64,000 bases of DNA from Azolla caroliniana (taxonomy: Eukaryota > Plantae > Polypodiophyta), in contig JBHGNT010000001.1 in the NCBI GenBank assembly GCA_043228905.1, forward strand, positions 30,008,001-30,072,000, given 5' to 3'. Below the pieces are notes generated by a model. It saw only the letters and a list, made by a program, of their open reading frames with translations, was not told where the DNA came from and made no database searches. This document shows positions 26,091 to 37,241 of this stretch, piece by piece. The translations under genes and the position numbers were made by a program. Position 1 is the stretch's first letter; each line of letters starts with the position of its first letter.

Positions 26091-26792
26091 GGATTATGTC
26101 TAGGATGTCTACTTAGTTTGTTGCTATTTACTATTGTTATGCATGCTATTCTTTTTAAGTCACATGATATTGCGATGGATCAAGAATTGGAAGATTGAGG
26201 TTGCGATCAAGGAAGCCTTGCATTATAAAACCTCATTATTTGTATAATGTCTCGAGGAGCTCCACATGATGACATTAACAAGCTAACGAGGTATAGGAAT
26301 TTGATTGTTATTGCTTCAAGGTTCAAGATTAACAAGAATAAATATGTTATCATTTCATGTATTGAACAATATATAAATGGCTTGAAGTGGTTAGGGGAAG
26401 ATACCACATCATGGGTGATTTGTTTATATCTATTCAATCTAGACATTTCTTATGTTTCTTATATGTGATTGTCTAATTAATACATATTTCTTAATAAGAA
26501 TATGCCAATAGATGGATTATGGAGGACACAAATATGAAGAGTTGAAAAAGATGCAACAAACTTGCAAAGTAGAAAGATGCATGATTGTCTGTGGAGCCAG
26601 GCAATAAATCAAGAGATATGTTCCTAACCACTTACCACCTCTTGAGAATCCAGATCCACTAACACTTCTCAATTCTTTTTCTATACGACTCCTCATAAAA
26701 TGAGAATGTCTTTTAATTTTCTTTCTCATTATGATATCATCTATCTACAATCCCATGCTTAGACGATGGCATCACAACTTCAATTAATTACC

Positions 26793-26993
26793 CAATTAAT
26801 TATCTCTCTATGGTCAAGTTAATAAGAGGTCACATCCAACACACATCAAAGCTTCAATTAAGTATCTCTCTATGATCAAGTCAATAAAAGGTCACACTTC
26901 AATTAATTATCTCTCTATGATCAAGTCAATAAGAGGTCACACATCAAAGCTTCAATTAATTATCTCTCTATTATCAAGTCAATAAGAGGTCAC
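26793..26993. repeat. Four copies of a 41-bp unit caattaattatctctctatgatcaagtcaataagaggtcac
   Basis: Units start at about 26793, 26855, 26900 and 26953; a single diverged copy lies at 21850-21890. Confidence 0.9.
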
Positions 26994-27083
26994 ACACAAC
27001 ACATAGTGATACAAGATAAAGAGAGTCGATAACAACTCATCTCACTATAATCAAATGGTCCCACTGTCCACATCTCTACTCTC

Positions 27084-27950
27084 ATTTTTTCTTTTCGTAA
27101 ATAATGTCTTTCATTACGAAATAAAAAACATCACCATAACTAACTTACTACAAAGTATAGAACCCTTCTATCTAGGGATCTAAAGACTACTACGACTCCA
27201 AACTCAATGCCACCCTAGACACCAATTCAAATGGCGAATATGATGATATGTGACCTTGTAGAGTTCTCTCTCTCTTCATGGTTGAGGTTGTGTGACTTCT
27301 CTATCACTATCAATTGCTACAAAAGAAGTCCTTTTAAATTTAGAACATATTTTCTCACCCCAACTTGCAAATCAAAAGTGAAGGCATTCTACATATTCTA
27401 ATTGAACCATAGCCCCCAATACCTCAAGAACTCAAAAATAATTTAGAAATGAGGCATTGGTTCATTGTTCTCCATATGTGCAAAAACCCAACTAAAGGAA
27501 GATAGGCTTACTCCAGTTAGAGATGTCCACACTAAACTGATACACCTCCAAACCATCCTTGCCATCGGGCATGAAAGAATTCGATTCCTTCTATGTTATA
27601 CTTCCACCGAACAAAAGAAACATGATCCTTTAGTAATGTTTTTTTTTAAATGCATCCCCCAATGGTTAAGCTCCAACCAGAACTCTCCAAATAAATACCT
27701 TAGCTCATAACATCAATCGAGAACACCAACCTGCCTTGACCACACAAAGCGACCAAGTAATGGGCTTATGAAAATCCCATATCTTTATAACCCTTTCTTC
27801 CAACCATTTATGTTTGTGAATCAACTTGTGATAAGCAACATTTGTCGAGATCATTGTCAATCCCTTATTTCCAACAAACCTCCAATCAAGCTCTTGAGGT
27901 CGCCCATCTAAATGAAGAATTGGCTCATATGAAGATAGTATTTCTACATC
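27084..27950 (-). mobile_element. Decayed LINE 3' fragment (zf-RVT region)
   Basis: Minus-strand translation VFIWRVLVG...KGSCFFCSVEV*HRRNRILSCPMARMVWR...LRYWGLWFN*NM*NAFTFD follows the zf-RVT CxxC..H..C..A..VW and W-x-IW-x-x-RN pattern. A-rich tail near 27085. Absent from the paralogous promoter. Confidence 0.65.
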
Positions 27951-29476
27951 CCTACTCTCTCTTTCTCTCTTTGGTGTATGTCTCCAATCATATTATCATT
28001 GTCTAATTCTCTGGAACCTAGTCATCACATTATCCATTTATTTATTTATTTACATCACTCTTTGAATCTATTATCTTTAGGGGATATAAATATACCCCAC
28101 AAACTTAAAATAATATGTTAACATTGAACTACTACTAGATTTTCTACATAATCAATCATTGGGAGAGATGTACTAACCACACATTTTAATAAGTGTTTAT
28201 ATTATTGTTAGTTATAGTAATTAACATTGTTGTTAGTACTAATTCTATAAATATTTTGTAATTGATGTGATACATCAAGATCGATAATACTAATCATCCA
28301 AGCACTAACCACAATGTGCATAAATATCTAGTTACTCTAATTAATGTAGTTATAAATGCATTTGATCCACTAATTATAGTTTACAACTCACGTTGTCGTG
28401 CCTTTCGGCTCCGGATCGTTACGTGAGTCGGGTGGGAACCGCCGAGGTTTTTGACTAGGAGGAAGAGGAATACAAATTAAGGCTAGTTATGAATAGTGGA
28501 AAGAGAAGTAAGATAACAATCTCGTGAATCCCACGAGTTTAGTGTATTTAAAACAATATTTAGATTATAAGAGTAATTTTGATGGCAAAATTCGTGAATC
28601 CCACGAATATATTAGATTGATCAATCCTTGTATATTAATCAACAACCTTATACATATTTCTCTCCTCCTTATATAAAGATGGAAGAGGCTAAGCATGGCT
28701 TCATGCTTTTTCACCTAAAGTGTCCATGCACACTAAATGTGCATGTGATGCTTTGTCATTTCCTAAATATAGGGCTCATGCATGCTAGATGTGCATGAGT
28801 CACTTTTAATGTAAATAAAATATTCACACTCTAAAGAATACATGATTTTTACCTTTTAATAAAGGTATGTGTAAATAAAGGTCTTATATGTATTAAATCT
28901 ATATGTATAACACTAAAGATAAGTTATTACAATGGTAAAGTTGGGATTTATCTATGTGGAGGTGTAGGGTTTGAATCTTGCTCTATGCATGTGATAAATT
29001 CTTTTGATATATTATTTATTTATTTATATGTATCTAAAATCGGATATATTATTTTATGGTTTTCACGTAGTGTGCGGAATACACTACGACACTCGCCCCC
29101 TCCAAACCCACACATCCTCCGGTATGTGCTGAAGTTCTCGATTCCTCATATTCGTCTTCACCCAAAGCTTCCTCCGATTCTCCCCTTATGTCGACTATGA
29201 GTTGTAATTCACTTTCTTCGCTTCCCGCATCACCGTGGTCTTCGTCCGATTGCTCCTCGTTCTTGGCCTTGGCTTGGATCACATAGGGTTTGTCGTCGGT
29301 CCGCTTCTTGAAAATCTTCACCCGCTTCCCGGCTATAGGCACTCGTAGAATCCCCTAACTTTGTCCGAGTCGAGTTCTCCCCGGTCCGCAATCACTTGTC
29401 CTACGCACCCGTACCTACAAAATACTTCCTCCAAAAGAAATTGGCATACCGCGGAACACGTTTTCCTCTGAAGCGC

Positions 29477-30918
29477 TCAACCTTCTACTTGATTTGTGAG
29501 ATCTTCCCGAGCTAATACCAAGTATTTCTTTTGTCCGATCCCGGTCGGCATGGCCACTATGTCGACCATCCACTTGAAGTTGATTGTCGGTGAGAATGTC
29601 GGATGTAACTTATCTCGATGTCGAACCCCGGAGTAGACTTGACATTTCTCGCAGCTTTCCGTGAACTCCGCGACATCTTTGTACATTTTCTTCCACCAAT
29701 ATTTTTGCTTGATCTTCACAAATGTTGCCCATGTTCCTCGGTGTCCAGCCCAATCGGATTCGTGAAACTCGGACATTATCCGGTTTCGTTGCTCTTTTGT
29801 CCCGACTACTCGAAGTGGTATACCATCAGGTCTTTTCGGCGCCCTCCATATTAATCCGTTTTCCAAGAAGAACTTTTGGACTTGCCTCTTCTTCCTTCGG
29901 ATCTCGGCTCTTCTTCCTTTATCGTTTGTTGAATCCTCGGTCTCTTGTAACATCTTTCCGATCATCAAGCTTTCTCCTTCGTATTCTTCTTCCCGGAATT
30001 CTCGGATTACGTTCACTCGGCATATGTGCTCCGACGCGAAGTAGTCTTCGGAAACTTCTTCATTATCCGATTCGGTTATGTCATCTCCGAACCGAGCCCT
30101 TGATAACATACCCGCTACCGCGTTGTCCTTCCCCGAGATGTGTCGAACCTCTGGATTAAGCGACTTGACATATGCAACCCACCTTAGCATAGCTACATCC
30201 GGTATCGTACAACACCGCATCATCCCGAGTATCGGAAGACAATCCGTCTCGATCACCACTTCGGCTCCGATCAAATAATCCCGATCCGATTTTATCGCCG
30301 ACACGACTCCCCACAGTTCTCTTTTGACTTGTGCATAGCCATGTTGCCTTTCGTTGAGAACCTTTGCTCCGAATCGGATCGGATACCGCGAACCATCCGA
30401 GTCGGCTTGATTGATGACCCACCCGATACCGGTTGGACTTGTATCAACGGTTACTATGATTGGTCGGTCATAGCTCGGCTTCTTAAGTGCTTCCGCCCTC
30501 CGAAGTGTCTTCTTCAATTTCTTCATGGCTTTGGTGTGTTCCGGTTTCCATTCGAATTTCTTACCTTTCCGCAACAAGTGGTAGAGCGGGTCCGCTATAT
30601 GTGCATAGTGTGGAATCCAGATGTGATAGAATGCACATGCACCGAGAAACCTTCGGACTTCAGATGTTGACTCGCATACTTCCTCCATAGCTTGAATCAC
30701 ATCGATCTTTGTTGGTGACGGTCTTCGGCCATAGGGCCCACATAGATGTCCGACCACCAATATTTCTTCTTGCCCGAATGCCAATTTCTCCCCGGAAAGG
30801 GTTAGGTGCACATCTTCTAGCTTTCGCAACACTTTCTCGCAATCATGAATATGGTCGACCACGAACTTTCGGCATCCCCGATCATCCATAGTCTCATCTT
30901 TGTCTTCTACCGCACATC
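29477..30918 (-). pseudogene. Gypsy pol: RT C-terminus, RNase H and integrase N-terminus (HHCC)
   Basis: RRFLGAC, VTVDTS, ETDCLP, GKDNAVA, H..GH..CxxC and WMVDIV. Stop at QVEG*; the integrase core is deleted downstream. Confidence 0.9.
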
Positions 30919-30923
30919 CTTTC

Positions 30924-33900
30924 TGTCGAATACAAGTGTATAATGGACGTATTCACACTATCCCTTTGGGCCATTTGTGTAATTAGCATAAAGGGTAGTT
31001 GCCCTAAGTCGGTCACTATATATAGTGACCTTGTAACCTTTTTGTAAGGTTGGGTGTTGTATTATTGCTTTGTGGAATAGAAAGTCTTTTGTGTCTCTCT
31101 CTCTCTCTCTCTCTCTGTGCAACGACCTAGAAACTGTCACACGCAGGTATACAGAACAGAATCGAATGCTTCTTGATCTTCCGCATTGACGACCTCGTCT
31201 CCAACATCTGGTATCAGAGCCTGCACAGTAGTCGGTCCTTCAATCTGCTGTCGGCCGTCGTCTCAGCCTGCACAGTATTCGGTTTCCTGCGTCATTCGAA
31301 GAAGAGAGAAGAAGAAGAAAAACGAGGCTTGCATCTCATCGCGTTAGATCATCTTCGCTTGGAGTAAGCCAGCAGGTTGTACTCTGTCCCTTGTGATCGT
31401 AACCGCTCGAGGTGAAATCCCCTTGTGCAACATTGACACGATCGTGCTCCACCCGGTTAAACGGCATCCGAAGAGGTAATCAAACGCCGCTCATTGTAAC
31501 CACTCGGTGCAGATCGGTCTCAAGACAACAACCCCAAATTCGTGCTTCATCTGGCTGATCGACATTCGGGAGGATCAGTTGGATCCGTCTCTCTCGTTGC
31601 TGCAGTCAACCGAAGCAGAATCGGTCCAGATAATCGGTTTCAATAATCGGTATTCGGCATATATATCCGAAGCGAACCGGGCTCACTCCGACTCGGCAAC
31701 ATTCGGGAAGACCAGTCGGTTCTGTCTCTCAAGCTACCGGAGTCAATTCGAGCAAGTTCCGAAGCCGAACCGACTCGGGTTCAAATCCGACTAGAGCGAT
31801 ATCGGGTGAGCCAACCGGCTGCACTCCAACAAGGCTCGTAGTCAACTCCGAACCGAGCTTCGTCAACCGAAACCAAATTTGATGGCATCAACATCCGGCT
31901 CGTCAGAAATGAGTCTACGAAAGTTCGATGGATCGAACTACAACTTCTGGAAGGGACAAATGCAGGACTATCTCATAGTCAAGGGGCAAATCGATCCCAT
32001 CGAAAATGAAGAACCTCCAGAAGGATACAAACCAATTGAGTGGCAGAAGCTGGACAGAATCGTCCGCGCCACGATTCGGATGCACCTATCAGAATCGGTA
32101 TACTTTACGGTGCAATCGTGTACGACAACATTCGAACTGTGGAAAACACTGTCAGACACTTACGAAAAGAAGGTCGCCGCAACAAAGATGTTTCTGATCC
32201 GGCGCCTCTACAACTTGCGGATGAAAGAATCCGACTCGGTTCAAGCACACCTCAATGAGTACGAAAGCATAAGCTCCCAAATCTCGTCACAGGGGACGGC
32301 AATCGAGGATGAACTCAGAGCAATGATACTCATGAGTAGCCTTCCCTTATCATGGGAAACTTTCGTCACAACCGTGTGCAACGCGTCAACCACGACTGTT
32401 AAATACTCCGAAGTCACGAGCGCAATCCTGACCGAAGCAGCTCGGAGAAAGTCTTTCGCCAAAGACTCGACAGACGACGCTTATGTAGTACAAGGTTCGA
32501 CAGACCGATCGAACATACGAGGAAGAGATTCCTCACGACCGCCGAACAATCAGCGAAGACGGAGCCAGTCACAGGATAACCGAATCTGCAACTATTGCAA
32601 GAAACCCGGACACATCAAAGCCGACTGCCGCGCACTCAAGAACAAGAACAACAAGAAGAGTGGCCGGCATGAGGAGATCAATTACGTCAGCTTCTCAGCT
32701 GATGTGCTACCAGACGACCCGAATATACTATCAATCGAAAATCCAGTCGGATCAGAAGTCCTACTCACGACTGAAGAGTCGAGCACATGGCTCTTAGATT
32801 CGGGCGCGTCATTTCACGTGACTCCTCATCGATCCCAATTTCGGCAATATACGATCCGTCACTCCGACTCAGTTCGAGTCGGCAACTCACAACACTGTGA
32901 CATCATCGGAATCAGCACAGTAGAGCTCAACCTTGCAGGTGGCTCTACACTTGTACTCCACAATGTCCGACATGTACCCGAGCTCTCAAGGCCATTGATC
33001 TCAGTCGGACAACTAGATGAAGACGGCATTCGTGCCGGCTTTTCTTCGGGAGGGTGGACACTCCACAGGGGGAACCTCCTGCTTGCTAGAGGACCCAAGA
33101 TACACTCACTGTATCCGTTACATGTTACGCTCAGAGAGGGTAACCTGTTTTTGGTGGATATTCCTGTGTCATCACTATGGCACCGAAGATTAGGACACCT
33201 CAGCAAGGCCGGCATTACGCATCTATCTAGAGCCGGATACATCCCTAAACTCTCCTTCTCCGACCATCAATTCTGCGAGCATTGCCAGTATGGCAAACAA
33301 GCAGCCGCATCACACCCGACATCAGCACCAAGAGAAACGAGACCTCTCGATTTGGTCCACTCGGACGTCTGTGGCCCAATGCCGCATCAGTCTCTCGGCG
33401 GTGCCTCTTACTTCGTCACTTTTATTGACGATTCGACTCGAAAGGTGTGGGCTTATCCGATTCGCACCAAAGATCGGGTCTTCTCGATCTTCTCATATTG
33501 GCTCGCTATGGTAGAAAATCAAACCGACCGAAAACTGAAATGCTTTCGGACCGACAATGGGGGAGAGTTCAAATCCGATGAATTCGTCAAATTCTGCCGA
33601 CAACGCGGCATCCGACGTGAATTTACGGCACCACACAGCCCGGAGCAAAACGGGATTGCCGAACGCATGAATCGGACAATCCAAGAACGGATAGTTTCCA
33701 TGCTCCAACACTCCGGACTGTCGGATGGCTTCTGGGCAGAGGCTCTACTCACAGCAGTACACATAATCAATATGTCGCCAAGTAGACCTCTAGGACTTCA
33801 AATTCCTCAGGAACTATGGATCGGCAGTAAGCCGAATTACGACAAGCTGAGGATCTTCGGATGCGAGGCGTACGCCCTTATTCCGAAAGATGATCGCCGA

Positions 33901-36255
33901 AAACTTGCACCTCGGTCCAGGAAATGCATTTTCCTTGGATATGGATCAGACGGCGAAATGGGATACCGACTCTGGGACCCCGAACGCAGACAAATCGTTC
34001 GAAGTTCGGACGTTGTGTTCAACGAGTCGGCTATGAATCCATCAGTCGAAAAACCGGTCGAAGTCCGAAGGGTAACATTTTCCGATGTGCCGACCCTTCA
34101 AGAAGGCCCCGCTCTCAACACACGGTCAGCTTCACGGGTAGCTGAACCTTACACTACCGACTCGGACAACTCCGACTCGGCACAGCAGAACAATCCGCTT
34201 TCGGACCATCCGACCACGATACCCGATGCGACCAGTCCAATCATACCTCGACGATCCGAGAGACTGTCGCAACCTCCGGAGAGGTACTCTCCTGGAATTT
34301 TCTTCACCGACGCCGGCGAACCGACGTCTTACGAAGAAGCATCGACATCTGTCGATTCAGCCACCTGGCATCTGGCGATGGAGTCGGAAATGCACTCCAT
34401 TCGGGCAAACAAGACTTGGGATCTGGTCGAATTACCTAAGAACCGACGTGCTCTTCCTTGCAAGTGGGTTTATCGACTAAAAGAGACGTCTGATTCGACC
34501 ACCCCAAAGTACAAGGCCAGATTAGTTGCGAAGGGCTTCCGACAAGAGTATGGCGTCGACTTCGACGAGATTTTTTCACCAGTGGTGAAAATGACAACCC
34601 TTCGTTTTCTACTCGGCGTAGTGGCAGCCGACAACTTGGAGCTGATTCAGCTAGATGTCAAAACAGCCTTCCTCCATGGTGATCTCGAGGAGGAAATTTA
34701 TATGGAGCAGCCAAAAGGCTTCGTGGCAACTGGCCAAGAACATCTAGTCTGCCGACTCAGGAAGAGTCTATACGGCCTCAAACAGGCACCACGACAATGG
34801 TACAAGAAGTTCGACGACTTCATCCAATCGATCGGCTTCTCCAAAAGCGATGAGGAGCATTGTCTCTTCACCAACACAGCTCAAGATGGATCACCCATCT
34901 TCCTCATCATTTACGTGGACGACATGCTAATTTCTGGACGCCACGCGGGCGAACTTGCCGATCTCATTCGGCAACTGCGGTTGAAGTTTGCCATGAAGGA
35001 CCTCGGTCCGGCACGACACATACTCGGCATGAAGATTAGTCGGCATCGCGATAAACGACATCTTTTTTTGTCTCAGACCGACTATATCCGACGTGTCTTG
35101 GAACGCTTCAACATGCAATCAGCCAAATCTGCTTCAACCCCGCTCCCAATGAATCTTCGGCTCTCTCAGCGAGACTGCCCGACATCCGGCCCGGAGGGGG
35201 AAGATATGAAGTCGGTACCGTATGCACCGGCAATCGGCTCCCTTATGTACCTGATGGTCGCGACACGGCCTGATATTTCTCATGCCGTAGGAGTCGTTAG
35301 CAGATTTATGCACAATCCTGGCCGATCGCATTGGAACGCAGTCAAGCATGTGTTCAGATATCTGGCTGGCACAAAAGACCACGGCATTCTTTTCGGTCCG
35401 AACCGAACCTCAGGCGTAGTCGGTTACACCGACTCGGACTTCGCCGGTTGTATAGACAGTCGGAAATCAACAACCGGATACTGCTTCAAATTCGGCAATG
35501 GAGCAATCTCGTGGAAGTCAAAACTTCAGGAGTGCACAGCGACCTCAACGACCGAAGCAGAATATGTAGCTGCGTCCGACGCAGCAAAAGAAGCTTTGTG
35601 GCTCGGTCGGCTGGCGCACACGTTTCGACAAGTCGACCATGACTCGGCTCCAGTTGTCTACAGCGACAGTCAAGGTGCTGTTGCCTTGTCGAAAAATCCG
35701 GTTCACCACAACGCCTCCAAACATATCGACGTTCGATATCACTTCGTTCGGGACTACGTCATTTCAGGGAAAATCGGTCTAGAGAAAATATCCACAACCG
35801 ACAATGTCGCAGATGGAATGACCAAGTGTCTTTCGGCAGACCGCTTTCGGTTTCTTCGGCATCAGATGGGCGTAACGACAAACCAGTCCGGTTAGAGCCG
35901 GACACAGAGCAGGATGGTTCCCGACAACCGACATCAGTTCCTTAATGATCGGCTTCAACTGTTCCGACCCGACCAGTTCGGTCTTCTGCCTTCGGACCCT
36001 GCCGACTCGAACAAAGCTGATATGTCCGAGAACCCAAGTCTATACCTGTAATCTCAGATAACCCATGTATACGCCCATTACGGGGGAGTGTCGAATACAA
36101 GTGTATAATGGACGTATTCACACTATCCCTTTGGGCCATTTGTGTAATTAGCATAAAGGGTAGTTGCCCTAAGTCGGTCACTATATATAGTGACCTTGTA
36201 ACCTTTTTGTAAGGTTGGGTGTTGTATTATTGCTTTGTGGAATAGAAAGTCTTTT

Positions 36256-36291
<36 letters not shown>

Positions 36292-36377
36292 AACGACCTA
36301 GAAACTGTCACACGCAGGTATACAGAACAGAATCGAATGCTTCTTGATCTTCCGCATTGACGACCTCGTCTCCAACA
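30924..36377 (+). mobile_element. Full-length Ty1/copia LTR retrotransposon (Tnt1/Tork-like), nested in the gypsy RT
   Basis: LTRs at 30924-31206 and 36089-36377 are identical except for (CT)n length. TSD CTTTC (30919-23, 36378-82). PBS TGGTATCAGAGCC (tRNA-iMet) at 31209; PPT GGGGGAG at 36082-88. Confidence 0.98.
31882..35895 (+). CDS. Copia gag-pol polyprotein, intact, about 1337 aa
   Basis: Zinc knuckle CNYCKKPGHIKADC, protease WLLDSGAS, integrase (HSDVCG, RTDNGGEF, NGIAER), RT (KARLVAKG, YVDD) and RNase H (YTDSD, SDSQGA). First ATG at 31882. Confidence 0.97.
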   Translation: MASTSGSSEMSLRKFDGSNYNFWKGQMQDYLIVKGQIDPIENEEPPEGYKPIEWQKLDRIVRATIRMHLSESVYFTVQSCTTTFELWKTLSDTYEKKVAATKMFLIRRLYNLRMKESDSVQAHLNEYESISSQISSQGTAIEDELRAMILMSSLPLSWETFVTTVCNASTTTVKYSEVTSAILTEAARRKSFAKDSTDDAYVVQGSTDRSNIRGRDSSRPPNNQRRRSQSQDNRICNYCKKPGHIKADCRALKNKNNKKSGRHEEINYVSFSADVLPDDPNILSIENPVGSEVLLTTEESSTWLLDSGASFHVTPHRSQFRQYTIRHSDSVRVGNSQHCDIIGISTVELNLAGGSTLVLHNVRHVPELSRPLISVGQLDEDGIRAGFSSGGWTLHRGNLLLARGPKIHSLYPLHVTLREGNLFLVDIPVSSLWHRRLGHLSKAGITHLSRAGYIPKLSFSDHQFCEHCQYGKQAAASHPTSAPRETRPLDLVHSDVCGPMPHQSLGGASYFVTFIDDSTRKVWAYPIRTKDRVFSIFSYWLAMVENQTDRKLKCFRTDNGGEFKSDEFVKFCRQRGIRREFTAPHSPEQNGIAERMNRTIQERIVSMLQHSGLSDGFWAEALLTAVHIINMSPSRPLGLQIPQELWIGSKPNYDKLRIFGCEAYALIPKDDRRKLAPRSRKCIFLGYGSDGEMGYRLWDPERRQIVRSSDVVFNESAMNPSVEKPVEVRRVTFSDVPTLQEGPALNTRSASRVAEPYTTDSDNSDSAQQNNPLSDHPTTIPDATSPIIPRRSERLSQPPERYSPGIFFTDAGEPTSYEEASTSVDSATWHLAMESEMHSIRANKTWDLVELPKNRRALPCKWVYRLKETSDSTTPKYKARLVAKGFRQEYGVDFDEIFSPVVKMTTLRFLLGVVAADNLELIQLDVKTAFLHGDLEEEIYMEQPKGFVATGQEHLVCRLRKSLYGLKQAPRQWYKKFDDFIQSIGFSKSDEEHCLFTNTAQDGSPIFLIIYVDDMLISGRHAGELADLIRQLRLKFAMKDLGPARHILGMKISRHRDKRHLFLSQTDYIRRVLERFNMQSAKSASTPLPMNLRLSQRDCPTSGPEGEDMKSVPYAPAIGSLMYLMVATRPDISHAVGVVSRFMHNPGRSHWNAVKHVFRYLAGTKDHGILFGPNRTSGVVGYTDSDFAGCIDSRKSTTGYCFKFGNGAISWKSKLQECTATSTTEAEYVAASDAAKEALWLGRLAHTFRQVDHDSAPVVYSDSQGAVALSKNPVHHNASKHIDVRYHFVRDYVISGKIGLEKISTTDNVADGMTKCLSADRFRFLRHQMGVTTNQSG

Positions 36378-37241
36378 CTTTCATCGGAATGTCATCGAGG
36401 AACGGCATCGTTATCTCCGGAATGCAGTCTCGAAGCACCTTGTTCATCGCGTTCATCATATGAGCAACTGAGTTTGTCGCTCCTTGTGGTAGTGTGCACA
36501 TTCGGACTAATCCTATCGGTGTTCACATGGTTGTGATGTCTCGGCTCTCCATGGCTAGTTGGAATTGGTCATACCCCGAGTATAGGTCTCCGATGGAGTA
36601 TATTGCACGACCGGCAAAAGCTTCCGCAAATTCGTCCACTATCAAACCGACTCCCGAGTTCCGGATCGTGACCTTATTCACCGGTTGCAAGTCTTGGATG
36701 AATCGGAGTGACCCATTCTTCTTCGGAACCGTAAACCATCGATTTGAGTACGGAGCAGTTGATGACTTTCGGAATATGCGCTCGCGGCACCGGAATCGGC
36801 TTCAGGTTCCACGGTATATGGTCAATCGTGAAGATCACCATCGGCTCCACCATTCACGGATCGACGCACCCTATCTCCCTTGATGTAAATGCAAACGCTT
36901 TGCCGTGTTGCTCCAACATACGTACATCTCGACCGATTCCACCGGGACTACCCAGTTCCCTTGGCTTTTATCTTCCGCAAGCTCTTCAAGTCGTTGTAGC
37001 GTGCTCCCATAGAACACTTCTTCGACTATCCCCACGATTTCTTCATCTTCTTTTATTATTGATGCCGACCGCAACTTATCCTCCACTTGTCGGTATGCTT
37101 TCTTCAATCCTCCGGTTACGATCGTGTACGTAGATGCCCCATCCGGACCGATTCGTACATGTTTTGCTCCGAGAGTTTTCTTCCTATGTGGGGTATCAGG
37201 GCTTCTCGGACTATCACTTCCCCACTCCACAACAGTCCGCT
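36378..37241 (-). pseudogene. Gypsy pol: N-terminal part and RT with deletions and stops
   Basis: APYSNRWFTVPKKNGSLRFIQDLQPVN, GDLYSGYDQF, LPQGATNS and FLDDIPMK, cut by the copia insertion. Confidence 0.9.

Noticed and set aside
31370-31520. Ribozyme in the copia leader
   Set aside because: GC-rich and possibly structured, but no hammerhead or HDV core motifs recognised.
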